The notes under the pieces are model-generated. The model did not search any database. It was not told the origin of the DNA and saw nothing but the letters and a program-made list of their open reading frames with translations. From Candidatus Omnitrophota bacterium (lineage in GTDB: Bacteria; Omnitrophota; Gorgyraeia; 2-01-FULL-45-10), in the NCBI GenBank assembly GCA_020057115.1, contig JAGVGJ010000010.1, positions 615-64,614 of the forward strand: a stretch of DNA of 64,000 bases, in the 5' to 3' direction. Below are positions 20,573 to 30,155 of the stretch, piece after piece. Position numbers and translations under genes: made by a program. Positions within the stretch are counted from its first letter, which is position 1; each line of letters opens with the position of its first letter.

Positions 20573-21931
20573 ATGTCGGCAATAATCTCGATACTTATCT
20601 ATACATTGTTCATCTTCTACGTAACGCTATATCCTTTCGCGCTTAAGAGTTTCAGCCCCGCGGCGCTTCTCGAGAATACGTATAAACTTTTCCATCCTTC
20701 AAATATCAAATTCACCGACCTCGATATATTTGCTAATCTGGTGATCTTCGGTATTCTCGGAGGGTTGTGCGCCGTATTTTTCAGCGATTATAAAGACAGG
20801 GAAGAGACGGTTCTCGGGGCCCTCTATGTCGCTTTATATGCGTTCATGCTTAACTCTATAATAGAGATCCTCCAGGCGAGCATCCCCGGAAGGTTCTCTT
20901 CGCTCATTGACATAGGTACGAGCGTGATAGCCGCCGTATCCGGATACCTTAGCGTGGCAATTCTCAAGGATGTAGGGGTGATCAAGTTCCTTGCGGAAAG
21001 GTATAAGCCGATCCTCCGCGAGAATCCCGTCAGGTTGTTATGGACAACCATGGCTGCCGCATTCTTTATAGGCGGCACATACCCTTTCCGTCTTGTGCCG
21101 GATCTTTCATGCGCGGCGAAACGCATGGCCGGGTTCGGCACGAGCCTATTCCTGCCGGATATGCTGTCGTCAAGATTCTTTCTGGAAGGCATACCGTATC
21201 TTGTCTGGGGCGCAAGCGCCGTTGTGGCAAGCATGAAAGGGGATGGGGAGTTTTTGGGACGAGTCGTAAAAAAGACAACCCTGTCATTCGCATTGATAGT
21301 CTTTATCGAATCCTGCAAGCTCTTCATCGTGACACGGCAGCCATCCCTGCATAACATATGTGCCTATGCGTTCTGGATGTGTCTTGGCGCATGCATCGCC
21401 TATCCCTATGCGCTGAAATATAAAAGATATCCGATGCTCCGCTCAAGCGAAAATGCGAACAGGTCGATAGGGGAGTTCTTCCGGTTATGTTTTGTCCTGA
21501 CTGGGCTTCTGATTTTCCTCAAAGGGTTGCAACCGTTCAATTTTTGCATGGACGCGTCCTCGATCCGCGCTCAGATAAGCGGCGCTGAGCTCATACCTTT
21601 CCGGGCATATATAAATAATTTCAACATACTGACCATATGGGATGCGATGCAGAAGTCGGCGCTCTATTTTGCGCTCGGTTTAGAGATATTCTATTATATC
21701 CTGCACAAGCGTCTTATGCTGACGAATCGGGCCCTGGCTTATTCTGCTATCGCCTGTGGTCTGGTCGCAGCCTCGGTGACGACGCTTCAGTTGTTGGTTC
21801 CGGGCCGCTTGCCGTCGGTTTCCGATATATTGATAGCATCCGGAAGCGGTTTCGCCGGGGCTGTTTTTGCCAGGTACATATTTTTAAGCCATCAATATTT
21901 TAGTCCGCCGGTAAACGATGATAAAATTTAA
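20573..21931 (+). CDS. polytopic membrane protein, possibly tandem VanZ-like domains
   Basis: 452 aa with at least 10 predicted hydrophobic helices. N-terminal region (IYTLFIFYVTLYPFALKS) is reminiscent of the VanZ family. The assignment is weak. Confidence 0.5.
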   Translation: MSAIISILIYTLFIFYVTLYPFALKSFSPAALLENTYKLFHPSNIKFTDLDIFANLVIFGILGGLCAVFFSDYKDREETVLGALYVALYAFMLNSIIEILQASIPGRFSSLIDIGTSVIAAVSGYLSVAILKDVGVIKFLAERYKPILRENPVRLLWTTMAAAFFIGGTYPFRLVPDLSCAAKRMAGFGTSLFLPDMLSSRFFLEGIPYLVWGASAVVASMKGDGEFLGRVVKKTTLSFALIVFIESCKLFIVTRQPSLHNICAYAFWMCLGACIAYPYALKYKRYPMLRSSENANRSIGEFFRLCFVLTGLLIFLKGLQPFNFCMDASSIRAQISGAELIPFRAYINNFNILTIWDAMQKSALYFALGLEIFYYILHKRLMLTNRALAYSAIACGLVAASVTTLQLLVPGRLPSVSDILIASGSGFAGAVFARYIFLSHQYFSPPVNDDKI

Positions 21932-22043
21932 TATTATTATTTCAAAATATTTCTTGTAGAATATAAGATATCAGGTAAAATCAACTAAAAAGAAGCTCGC
22001 GGAATTCCTCGCGGAGAACAATGTCCTATAAAAAGGAGCCTTA

Positions 22044-22733
22044 ATGCGATCCCATCTTGTAGAGTACTTCAAGATAAACTTTGCGAGGCTCTTGATACTG
22101 ATGCTATCGATGCTCGTTATATTCATAGGGGCCGGCCGGATGGATTACTGGCAGGGATGGCTCTACATAGCGACTTCAGCGGTCCTCTTAGCGATATCTT
22201 ACGTGGTATTCCTCGAGAAGCTCGAGCTCCTGAAAGAGCGTATTAAGCCTGGACCCGGGGTCAAATGGTGGGACAGGATATTCATAGTAGCCTATATACC
22301 GGCATGCCTTGCCACTATATTCATAGCAAGCCTTGACGCGGGACGCTTCAGGTGGTCGCCGGAGCTGCCCACGATCGTTTACGTTATGAGCTCTCTTATT
22401 TACATGCTCTCCACCATCGTCAGCATGTGGGCCATGTTCAGGAACAGGTTCTATTCGAGCGCTGTCCGCATCCAGACGGACAGGGGGCACCATATTATCG
22501 ACGACGGCCCGTACCGCTACATAAGGCATCCCGGGTACCATGGAATGATCCTCTCTATCATAAGCGTGCCTTTCATCCTCGGATCGTTATGGGCCATCAT
22601 CCCGGCCGTCTTTGTAGAAAGCCTCCTCATAACGCGCGCATATCTGGAAGACAAGATGCTCCAGAAAGAGCTTGCCGGTTATGCGGAATATGCCTCGAGG
22701 GTAAAATACCGCATCCTGCCATTCGTCTGGTAG
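22044..22733 (+). CDS. isoprenylcysteine carboxyl methyltransferase (ICMT/PEMT) family membrane methyltransferase
   Basis: Multi-TM protein with the C-terminal family signature HHIIDDGPYRYIRHPGYHGMIL (RHPxY) and a trailing E in VFVESLLITRAYLEDKML. Confidence 0.7.
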   Translation: MRSHLVEYFKINFARLLILMLSMLVIFIGAGRMDYWQGWLYIATSAVLLAISYVVFLEKLELLKERIKPGPGVKWWDRIFIVAYIPACLATIFIASLDAGRFRWSPELPTIVYVMSSLIYMLSTIVSMWAMFRNRFYSSAVRIQTDRGHHIIDDGPYRYIRHPGYHGMILSIISVPFILGSLWAIIPAVFVESLLITRAYLEDKMLQKELAGYAEYASRVKYRILPFVW

Positions 22734-22760
22734 GGCAGGATACGGCGTTTTCAAGTAAAT

Positions 22761-23678
22761 ATGCCAAAAGAGATATTGAACCGCTATAGCAAGGAAGAAG
22801 AGCAGGCATTGGCTGTCAAGGTGGCCATAGCCGGATCCGCCGCGCTCTTCGTGATCGCCGCTGCGGCTGGCATTATCGCGGACTCTATAACATTGCTGCT
22901 CGACGCGGCGACGAACCTCGTCATATTAGTCACCGCCGTATTTACCCATACCTCGGTAAGAAAAGTGCACCGCCCCCCGGACCATATCTACAATTTCGGA
23001 TATACCAAATACGAGCCATTGACCATAGTGATGCAGGGCGCCCTCATAATCATGACGTGCCTTATCAGCGCGAAATTCGCCATACAGGATATGATCCATC
23101 CTGAAGACGTGGCAGGCTACGGGATCCCGGTTATAGCTGAGATAGTATCGGGCGTGATGGCGATAGCCATCACCTGGTATATAAACAGGATCGCCCATAG
23201 GACGGATTCTGCGATACTGAAGGGTTCCGTGATGCAGTGGAAGGTCGAGACGATCTTGTCATTCGGGATAGCGGCGGGTTTTCTCGCAGGGTTCGTGTTG
23301 CGCGAGCAAGGATATGCGAAGATAACTCCTTACGTAGATCCTGTAATGGCCATAATGCTTGCGCTGCTTTTAGTGCGCTCGCCGATCAAAGCCGTAGCTC
23401 ATAACATCCTCGAACTTCTGGATGCGGTGCCGGCGGAACATATCCAGGGCGCGGTGAGAAGGGTCGTGGAAAAGTACAAGCCAAGGTCATTCGGCGTCTC
23501 CAGGCTGAGGTCCCGGAAGGCCGGCAAGAAGATCTTCGTAGACGTATGTTTTATGGTGAAGAGCGACTTGACCGTCGGAGAGGTCGGAGAACTGGCGGAT
23601 AATTTTGAGAAGGACCTGAAAGAGCACCTCCCGGAGAGCGATACGGTAGTCTATTTTAAACCGAAACACGAACATTAG
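22761..23678 (+). CDS. cation diffusion facilitator (CDF) family metal efflux transporter
   Basis: Six TM helices with the CDF signature region ALAVKVAIAGSAALFVIAAAAGIIADSITLLLDAATNLV and HxxxD metal-site residues. C-terminal cytoplasmic domain. Confidence 0.8.
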   Translation: MPKEILNRYSKEEEQALAVKVAIAGSAALFVIAAAAGIIADSITLLLDAATNLVILVTAVFTHTSVRKVHRPPDHIYNFGYTKYEPLTIVMQGALIIMTCLISAKFAIQDMIHPEDVAGYGIPVIAEIVSGVMAIAITWYINRIAHRTDSAILKGSVMQWKVETILSFGIAAGFLAGFVLREQGYAKITPYVDPVMAIMLALLLVRSPIKAVAHNILELLDAVPAEHIQGAVRRVVEKYKPRSFGVSRLRSRKAGKKIFVDVCFMVKSDLTVGEVGELADNFEKDLKEHLPESDTVVYFKPKHEH

Positions 23679-23690
23679 GATAACAGGAAT

Positions 23691-24449
23691 ATGAGGAGAC
23701 GTCTCTACCCGTTTTTAATATTGGCGCTGGCAGCGATCCTGGCTTCATGCGCCAGGGCGCCGGCCCGGCCGGGCTCTTATTCCGGCCCGGTCACTTATTA
23801 TTTAGAGCCGGCAGGCGCAGCATTGCGGCAGGATACAGTCCACGTCGTAGGACCGGGCGAGACGCTATGGCGCATAGCAAAGATTTACGACATACCTATT
23901 GACGATATCATGAAAGCCAATAGATTGAGCGACTCGACGAAGCTTGAGATGGGGCAGCGTCTTCTCATCCCGAACGCCTCTCCGGTGAGGCCGGTCATCT
24001 CCATATATAAGACCGATAAATGGAAATACGTCGTAATACACCACAGCGCGACAGATGAAGGCAATGCTTTGGATTTTTATAAGGCCCATCGCGGCCGCGG
24101 ATGGGATACCATAGGCTACCACTTTGTCATAGATAACGGCACCGGGGGGAAACAGGACGGCCAGATAGAGCCTACGCCGCGCTGGACGAAACAGATGGAC
24201 GGGGCGCATTGCAAGGCAGGCGGCATGAATTCCGTCGGGATCGGCATATGCCTTGTCGGGAATTTTAACGAAGACAAGGTATCGCAGAAACAGATGGACT
24301 CTTTAGTCTGTCTGGTAAACACCTTGCGGGCAAATTACAAGATATCTTCTGCCAATACGGTCGGTCATGGCAAGGTCACCGGCGCGAAGACCGATTGTCC
24401 CGGGAAAAAATTCCCGTGGAGCGAATTTTACGCCAGGATCGGACGCTAG
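23691..24449 (+). CDS. LysM-domain N-acetylmuramoyl-L-alanine amidase (Amidase_2/PGRP fold)
   Basis: Signal peptide/lipobox (LASCA). LysM domain (HVVGPGETLWRIAKIYDIPIDDIMKANRLSDSTKLEMGQRLLIP). Amidase_2 motifs (VIHHSATDEG, GYHFVID, GHGKVTGAKTDCPG). Confidence 0.8.
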   Translation: MRRRLYPFLILALAAILASCARAPARPGSYSGPVTYYLEPAGAALRQDTVHVVGPGETLWRIAKIYDIPIDDIMKANRLSDSTKLEMGQRLLIPNASPVRPVISIYKTDKWKYVVIHHSATDEGNALDFYKAHRGRGWDTIGYHFVIDNGTGGKQDGQIEPTPRWTKQMDGAHCKAGGMNSVGIGICLVGNFNEDKVSQKQMDSLVCLVNTLRANYKISSANTVGHGKVTGAKTDCPGKKFPWSEFYARIGR

Positions 24450-24473
24450 AGAATCAGCGATGAGGAGCGGTAG

Positions 24474-25256
24474 ATGAGCGATCTGATAAAATGCGGTAAA
24501 TGCGGAAAAGAGACGAATAAGTATTCGCCTTCTTGCGAGCATTGTTTTGCGCCTTTAAAGCGGGATGATGCAAGCCAGACGAGCGAACCTGCCGAGACGA
24601 TAGAGAGTAAGGGCAAGGCTGTGCACGAAGCGTTGGAGAGATACGCTCATCCGACTAAAAGATGCCCCTTTTGCGCCGAGGAGATACAGGCCGAAGCGAT
24701 CAAGTGCAGATATTGCGGCGAGCGCATATACGACAAAAAGGCCGCCGCATCAAAAACAGGCGTATTTCTTCGGGCGGCGCTTGCGATCATCGGGATAGCT
24801 ATCGTTAGCATGCTGGCATATGCCGGATATGCCAGCATGCTCAATAAAGGCCATGCAAAGAACGGATACGATAAGAAGGTAGACCTGCCGAGCGCCGAAT
24901 TAAAAAAGGATCCGGTTAAAGCGGATTACGTAAAAAAGTACGTCGCTCTTTCCGGCACCGGGACGATCGACGAGGTAGACCCGAAATCCGCGGCCCCGAA
25001 AAAATATGTTTATGGGACCCTGAAGAATTCCGGAGATAAGCTCGTAATAAAACTTAAAGTGGCCGTCTATTATTTGGACAAGAACGGCAATATCCTCGCC
25101 GAAGGTTCGGTGTGGCCGATCTTTGGCAGCAAATCCCAGCCCGATTCGCTTAAGGCCGGCGGTTCTAAAGATTTTCAATGCCCGATAACGGATATGAATC
25201 CGGCATGGACCGGAAGGATAAAGGTCCGCGTTTCAGACATAGAATTTTTGGAATAA
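24474..25256 (+). CDS. double zinc-ribbon membrane-anchored protein with a C-terminal DUF4352-like domain
   Basis: Two CxxC...CxxC ribbons (CGKCGKE...CEHCFAPL and CPFCAEE...CRYCGERIY), one TM helix, then a beta-rich C-terminal domain. Confidence 0.5.
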   Translation: MSDLIKCGKCGKETNKYSPSCEHCFAPLKRDDASQTSEPAETIESKGKAVHEALERYAHPTKRCPFCAEEIQAEAIKCRYCGERIYDKKAAASKTGVFLRAALAIIGIAIVSMLAYAGYASMLNKGHAKNGYDKKVDLPSAELKKDPVKADYVKKYVALSGTGTIDEVDPKSAAPKKYVYGTLKNSGDKLVIKLKVAVYYLDKNGNILAEGSVWPIFGSKSQPDSLKAGGSKDFQCPITDMNPAWTGRIKVRVSDIEFLE

Positions 25257-25265
25257 CAGAATGAC

Positions 25266-26633
25266 ATGAAAATAAAGATCCGAAAAATATTATTCCCGTA
25301 CATAAAAGAGTATGATGAGGCGAAGACCGGCATCATGAGATCCCGCCTGCGCCTTTTCTGCGGCCTTACCATAGGCTTGTTCATAGGCGTGGGGATATTG
25401 GGCTTCGTTGTGGATCCTGTTTCGTATGACAATAGAGAGATATTCATAGATATCTTTCTCGTAGCGGCGGCTCTTCTGGCGATATCGGTGAGCAGGCCGG
25501 CGGCCACCCTGCTACAGGCGAAAATAGCGGCGTGGATATTCTCTCTGTCGGTCATAGCGGCCCTTACCGCGCTATTCATGATATATCCTTACTACATAAT
25601 GCAGAGTTCCGAGATATTCGCGTTAAGCGTATTTTTGATATCGTTCATAATGCCATGGGAGGTTTATGAGGTCGCGCTCACGGGCCTGTCCTTTGCGCTC
25701 GGGTATTCGGCGACATTCGCCTGGGTCGCGAAATTCGCTCCAATGGCGGAAGAGCCTATATTAAGGCCGGGCGGCTATGTGGATGGCCTGATATTTCTGG
25801 CGGTCTCTATAATTATCTGCGCCGTGATAAGGGAAAGGGACGAGGCCAGGGAGAAGGAGAACTTCCGATTATTGACGGAATTGGAGGAGAAGAACGAGCA
25901 GATGAGAATGGAACTTGCTCTTGCCAGAGATATACACAAAACCCTGATACCAAGATCGACAAAGACAGAACGGTCCGATATCGCCATTACTTACATACCG
26001 CTCTCAACGGTCGGAGGGGATTATGCCACTTTCCATACGACCAGGGACGGCTCGCTCTTCTTTTTGATCGGCGATGTCACGGGCCACGGCGTGCCGGCCG
26101 CTCTTCTCGTCAACAGGATATACGGCGAGGTCGAGAGCCTTGTGAACAAGAACCCGGAGCCCGGGCCGTTGATGAAGGAGCTGGACTCTTTCGTCCAGGA
26201 ACATTTCAGGCAGACGAACATGTACTTCAGCGTCTGTTCCGGACTTGTCGATTTCAGCAAGAAAGTGTTATACTATTCCAATTACGGCCATCCGCCTCAG
26301 ATACTGCACCGTCACGGCGACAATAATATACGCTTGCTGGAGTCGCAGACCTATTTTCTCGGCATAGACGTCGAGGGGCCGAGCTCGAAGATATTTGAAG
26401 GAAAGCTCGATTTCGGGTGCGGCGACAGGATAGTGCTGTTCACTGACGGGCTTACGGAGACAAAGGGGGAAGAGGACGAGCTGTTCGGGATGAAGAGGCT
26501 GGAGGATTTTGTCAAGATACGCGCCGGCGAGACTCCGGCAGTTTTCAATAATAGCTTGATCGAGGCGCTGAATAAATTCAGGATCGGGCCGGTCACCGAC
26601 GACATGTTCCTCGTCACGATAGATATCAAATGA
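25266..26633 (+). CDS. membrane-anchored PP2C-type serine/threonine phosphatase (SpoIIE/RsbU family)
   Basis: Five or six N-terminal TM helices, then PP2C motifs GGDYATF, GDVTGHGVPAALL, FTDGLTE and the C-terminal D in MFLVTIDIK. Confidence 0.8.
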   Translation: MKIKIRKILFPYIKEYDEAKTGIMRSRLRLFCGLTIGLFIGVGILGFVVDPVSYDNREIFIDIFLVAAALLAISVSRPAATLLQAKIAAWIFSLSVIAALTALFMIYPYYIMQSSEIFALSVFLISFIMPWEVYEVALTGLSFALGYSATFAWVAKFAPMAEEPILRPGGYVDGLIFLAVSIIICAVIRERDEAREKENFRLLTELEEKNEQMRMELALARDIHKTLIPRSTKTERSDIAITYIPLSTVGGDYATFHTTRDGSLFFLIGDVTGHGVPAALLVNRIYGEVESLVNKNPEPGPLMKELDSFVQEHFRQTNMYFSVCSGLVDFSKKVLYYSNYGHPPQILHRHGDNNIRLLESQTYFLGIDVEGPSSKIFEGKLDFGCGDRIVLFTDGLTETKGEEDELFGMKRLEDFVKIRAGETPAVFNNSLIEALNKFRIGPVTDDMFLVTIDIK

Positions 26634-27277
26634 TCCTAAAGTTATTTTTAGCGATAGCGCTGTTATCGTCGGCATATCTTCCCGGCTGCTGCGAGGCGAA
26701 GGTCGTAGAAGAGCATGTATATCTGGTGCCTGCCGGAGACATAGAAGAGAGCTTTATAGAAAAACTGAGAGACGCGATCCCGGATTCATTGCCGATGACC
26801 GCGGATGTCGAGATCGCGCCGAGAGAGGCCCTGCCCGAGAGCGCTTATGACGCTTCGCGCAAGCAGTATGATGCAGGATCCCTCTTAAATGAGATAGAAG
26901 GCCGGCTGACCGTCGATACGAGGGTCGAGCGGTACATGGCGGTAGTCGACGTCGATCTTTACGCGCCGGACCTCAGTTTCGTTTTCGGCGCAGCCGATGC
27001 CAGGAGTGGGGTCTTGATCATATCCGTTACCCGGCTTAAGAACGAGTATTACGGCTTAAAGCCCGACGACAAGCTATTTCTTAAGAGATCCGTGAAAGAG
27101 GCCGTCCATGAACTCGGGCACGCCTGGAGGCTCAGCCATTGTCCGGACAATAAATGCGTTATGTACTTTTCCAGCAGCCTCGCGGATACGGACAGGAAGA
27201 AAGACAGATTTTGCCGAGAGTGCAGGAGCAAGCTGCGCGCCAGGTACGACAGGCCGTTGATCAACATACAGTTCTAG
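26630..27277 (+). CDS. archaemetzincin-family zinc metallopeptidase
   Basis: HELGHAWRLSHCPDNKCVMYFSSSLADTDRKKDRFCRECRSKL reproduces the archaemetzincin HExxHxxGx3Cx4CxMx17CxxC signature. N-terminal signal peptide. Confidence 0.75.
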   Translation: MILKLFLAIALLSSAYLPGCCEAKVVEEHVYLVPAGDIEESFIEKLRDAIPDSLPMTADVEIAPREALPESAYDASRKQYDAGSLLNEIEGRLTVDTRVERYMAVVDVDLYAPDLSFVFGAADARSGVLIISVTRLKNEYYGLKPDDKLFLKRSVKEAVHELGHAWRLSHCPDNKCVMYFSSSLADTDRKKDRFCRECRSKLRARYDRPLINIQF

Positions 27278-27289
27278 AGGAGCAGCTAT

Positions 27290-27784
27290 ATGAACAGGAA
27301 GAACGATCCCGTAAAAAACATAGATCGCGAGAGGAGAGAATACCCCCGTTATGATACTGAGGTGAAGATATATTTTCACCTGAAATACGATATTCAGACT
27401 CGCGTCAAGTTCAAAGTTCTTGTGAGCAACCACAAGGCCTCGGACTCGCATAAATATTCGGGATTGAGCAAGAATGTCAGCGCAGAGGGCCTCTGCTTTA
27501 TTTCGAAGAAGAAGCTGGAAAAAGGAGACCTTCTCTTTATCGAGGTGTATGAGCCTAAGGTGAAAGGCCCTGTCAAGATGGAGGGGCAGGTCCGATGGTC
27601 CAGGAAGCTTCCCGGCAAGACAAGGGCAAAAGACGCCTATTTCACAGGCGTTAGGATAATACTCGTGGACAACAAGCTCGTCTCAGATACCATTTATTTT
27701 GACAAAAAATATAAAGTGATGTGGAGCACCATCCTTGAATCCCTCTTCGGTAATTTTGCAGCTACTTTAAAGAAAGCCAAGTGA
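27290..27784 (+). CDS. PilZ-domain protein (putative c-di-GMP receptor)
   Basis: RxxxR motif (RERREYPRYD) near the N-terminus and N/DxSxxG motif (NVSAEGLCF) about 60 residues later, the two PilZ c-di-GMP binding motifs. Confidence 0.65.
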   Translation: MNRKNDPVKNIDRERREYPRYDTEVKIYFHLKYDIQTRVKFKVLVSNHKASDSHKYSGLSKNVSAEGLCFISKKKLEKGDLLFIEVYEPKVKGPVKMEGQVRWSRKLPGKTRAKDAYFTGVRIILVDNKLVSDTIYFDKKYKVMWSTILESLFGNFAATLKKAK

Positions 27785-27899
27785 GCAATTCCGCGCACCG
27801 CCCTTTCTAATTAAAATATAAAAAAGGTGGTAACTTTTGTCTTGAAAGTTTAGCAAAAAGATGCTAAACTTGGTTTGACTTAACAATAAGAAAGGGTAT

Positions 27900-28001
27900 A
27901 TGGACATTGGTAAAATGTTTACATTGATCGGATCTCTGTGGCTCTTGGTCACAGGGATTTTTATTCTCGTCAACATCAATAAGACCGTTGGCAGAGGGTA
28001 A
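27900..28001 (+). CDS. candidate 33-aa single-TM small protein (MDIGKMFTLIGSLWLLVTGIFILVNINKTVGRG)
   Basis: ATG preceded by AAAGGG 6-8 nt upstream, in an otherwise unannotated 327-bp gap. Strongly hydrophobic core. Below the ORF-track size cutoff. Confidence 0.25.
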   Translation: MDIGKMFTLIGSLWLLVTGIFILVNINKTVGRG

Positions 28002-28111
28002 TCCCGGCAAATATCTGCGGATAAAGCATTGATGCGAGTCCGCATTTACAAAAACGATCCCAGGCAGAATATGCTTGGGATTTCGTATTTTAAGAGGTAT
28101 AATCCATATAT

Positions 28112-28807
28112 ATGGATGGGATATTAGCAGTAGACAAGCCGCAGGGAATGACAAGCCACGATGTCGTAGATTTTATACGCAAGCGTTTCGGCCTTAAAAA
28201 GGTCGGGCATGCGGGGACGCTCGATCCCATGGCTACGGGCCTTCTTATTATGTTGATCGGTAAAGCCACGAAAGAGTCGAACCGGCTGATGGCGCATGAT
28301 AAAGAGTATCGCGCCGAGATGACCCTCGGCCAGAGCTCCGATACCGGAGACGCGTGGGGAAAACTCTCTGCATCTGACAACACGATCGAGGTCACGGCAA
28401 AAGAGATAGAAGAGGCCTTCAAAAAGTTTACGGGAGAGATCGAGCAGATGCCGCCCATGTATTCGGCCGTGAAACATAACGGCAAAAAACTTTATGAACT
28501 CGCCCGAAAGGGCATAAGCGTCGATGTAAAACCGAGAAAGGTCACTATCTCAAAGCTTAAGATACTTAGCATGTCGCTCCCGCAGATAGAATTCGACGTG
28601 ACTTGTTCTAAGGGCACGTATATACGCCAGCTCTGCGTGGATATCGGCGAGAGTCTGAACTGCGGCGCCCACCTTTCAAGGTTGAGAAGAACGCGTTCCG
28701 GCGATTTTTCCGTAGACCAGGCGCTCGCACTCGACGAGCTTGCCCGAATGGACTCTAGCAGCCTCGCGAGGAGACTGGAAGCCCGGGAGCCTGCGGCAGC
28801 CGTATGA
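28112..28807 (+). CDS. truB: tRNA pseudouridine(55) synthase TruB
   Basis: MDGILAVDKPQGMTSHDVV, GHAGTLDP (catalytic Asp) and C-terminal PUA-less short form, 231 aa. Confidence 0.9.
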   Translation: MDGILAVDKPQGMTSHDVVDFIRKRFGLKKVGHAGTLDPMATGLLIMLIGKATKESNRLMAHDKEYRAEMTLGQSSDTGDAWGKLSASDNTIEVTAKEIEEAFKKFTGEIEQMPPMYSAVKHNGKKLYELARKGISVDVKPRKVTISKLKILSMSLPQIEFDVTCSKGTYIRQLCVDIGESLNCGAHLSRLRRTRSGDFSVDQALALDELARMDSSSLARRLEAREPAAAV

Positions 28808-29742
28808 AGATAATCCACGGTTTAAAGGCGCTCGATATACCTGCAAAAGGTTCCGTTGTCACTGTCGGTGTTTTTGACGGCGTCCATGTCGGGCATAAAA
28901 AGATAATATCGCATGCTGTGGCGCGCGCCCGGGCGCTTGGTTTAAAGAGCGTCGCCGTCACATTCGACCCGCACCCGCTTAAAGTCCTATATCCCAAAGT
29001 AAAGATACCGAGCCTCATATCATTGGAGCACAGGATCCGGACCATAAGGGCCCTTGGGATAGATTATGTGGCCCTTCTTGCTTTCACCAGGGCGATGTCC
29101 CGCATCTCTCCGGAGAAGTTCGTAAAAGATATCCTCATAGGTAAGCTCGGCATGAAGGAGATATATGTAGGAGACAACTTCTTCTTCGGAAGAGGGGCCA
29201 GGGCGGGCACGAGGATGCTGGAGAAGCTTTCATCCGAGACGGATTTCAAGGCCGTCGCCTTAAAGCATGTAAAGATAAACGGCCGCATAGTAAGCTCAAG
29301 CCTTATAAGACAGCTCATAGTGAAGGGCGATCTTAAACAGGCCTCCAGGATGCTTGGAAGGCCGGTATCGATACTCGGGACAGTGGTCCACGGCGCCAAG
29401 CGCGGCAGGCTATTGGGATTTCCCACGGCTAACATAAACCCCCACCATGAGGCTATACCGCCTTCGGCGGTCTATGCGGTTACCGTAAAGCTCAACCGAA
29501 AAATCTATAAAGCGGTATTGAACATAGGCATAAGACCGACATTCCACAGGTGGTCTCATGAGCTTGAGCCTACCGTAGAAGTCCATCTATTAGGATTCAA
29601 TGAGGATATTTATGGTAAAGATATAGAGGTAATATTTATAAAGAAGATGCGCGATCAGTTCAAATTCAAGACAAAAGAAGCCCTGATGGCCCAGATACAC
29701 AAGGACGTGAAGAGGGCGAGAGCCTATTTTGGCCATTCCTGA
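28804..29742 (+). CDS. ribF: bifunctional riboflavin kinase / FAD synthetase RibF
   Basis: N-terminal adenylyltransferase motifs (VTVGVFDGVHVGHKKII). C-terminal riboflavin kinase motifs (GRPVSILGTVVHGAKRGRLLGFPTANI, PTVEVHLLGFNEDIYGKDIEV). Confidence 0.9.
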   Translation: MKIIHGLKALDIPAKGSVVTVGVFDGVHVGHKKIISHAVARARALGLKSVAVTFDPHPLKVLYPKVKIPSLISLEHRIRTIRALGIDYVALLAFTRAMSRISPEKFVKDILIGKLGMKEIYVGDNFFFGRGARAGTRMLEKLSSETDFKAVALKHVKINGRIVSSSLIRQLIVKGDLKQASRMLGRPVSILGTVVHGAKRGRLLGFPTANINPHHEAIPPSAVYAVTVKLNRKIYKAVLNIGIRPTFHRWSHELEPTVEVHLLGFNEDIYGKDIEVIFIKKMRDQFKFKTKEALMAQIHKDVKRARAYFGHS

Positions 29743-29754
29743 CATAAAAATATG

Positions 29755-29783
29755 TTTACAAAAAATATGTCCTGTGTTAATAT
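29755..29783 (+). promoter_or_regulatory. sigma70-like promoter candidate for rpsO-pnp (TTTACA - 17 nt - TAATAT)
   Basis: -35 TTTACA at 29755-29760 and -10 TAATAT at 29778-29783 with a 17-nt spacer, about 48 nt upstream of the rpsO start. Confidence 0.35.
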
Positions 29784-29831
29784 CTTACAAAAGAGAGAAA
29801 ACTAAAGAGAAGATCAAGAAAGAGGTGTAAA

Positions 29832-30101
29832 TTGGCTTTAGCAAAAGAGAAGAAGACATCATTAATAGGCAGTTATAAAATAAACGAAAAAGATACGGGC
29901 TCACCCAATGTGCAGATAGCCTTGTTGACGGAGAGGATTAACTCTCTTTCAGACCACTTCAAGGCGCACAAAAAAGACCATCATTCCAGGCAGGGGTTGC
30001 TGCGCATGGTAAGCATAAGGCGCAGGCTCCTGGAGTATATAAAGCGAAAAGACCGCAAGGGTTATCAGGACCTTATCAAGAAGCTTGACCTGAGAAAATA
30101 G
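29832..30101 (+). CDS. rpsO: 30S ribosomal protein S15
   Basis: 89 aa. [47 protein letters not shown] is the canonical S15 sequence. Apparent TTG start. Confidence 0.9.
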   Translation: MALAKEKKTSLIGSYKINEKDTGSPNVQIALLTERINSLSDHFKAHKKDHHSRQGLLRMVSIRRRLLEYIKRKDRKGYQDLIKKLDLRK

Positions 30102-30155
30102 TCCGCTTGAACGTTTTTTAACCGCAAAAACAACAAACCACACAAGAAAGAGAAT

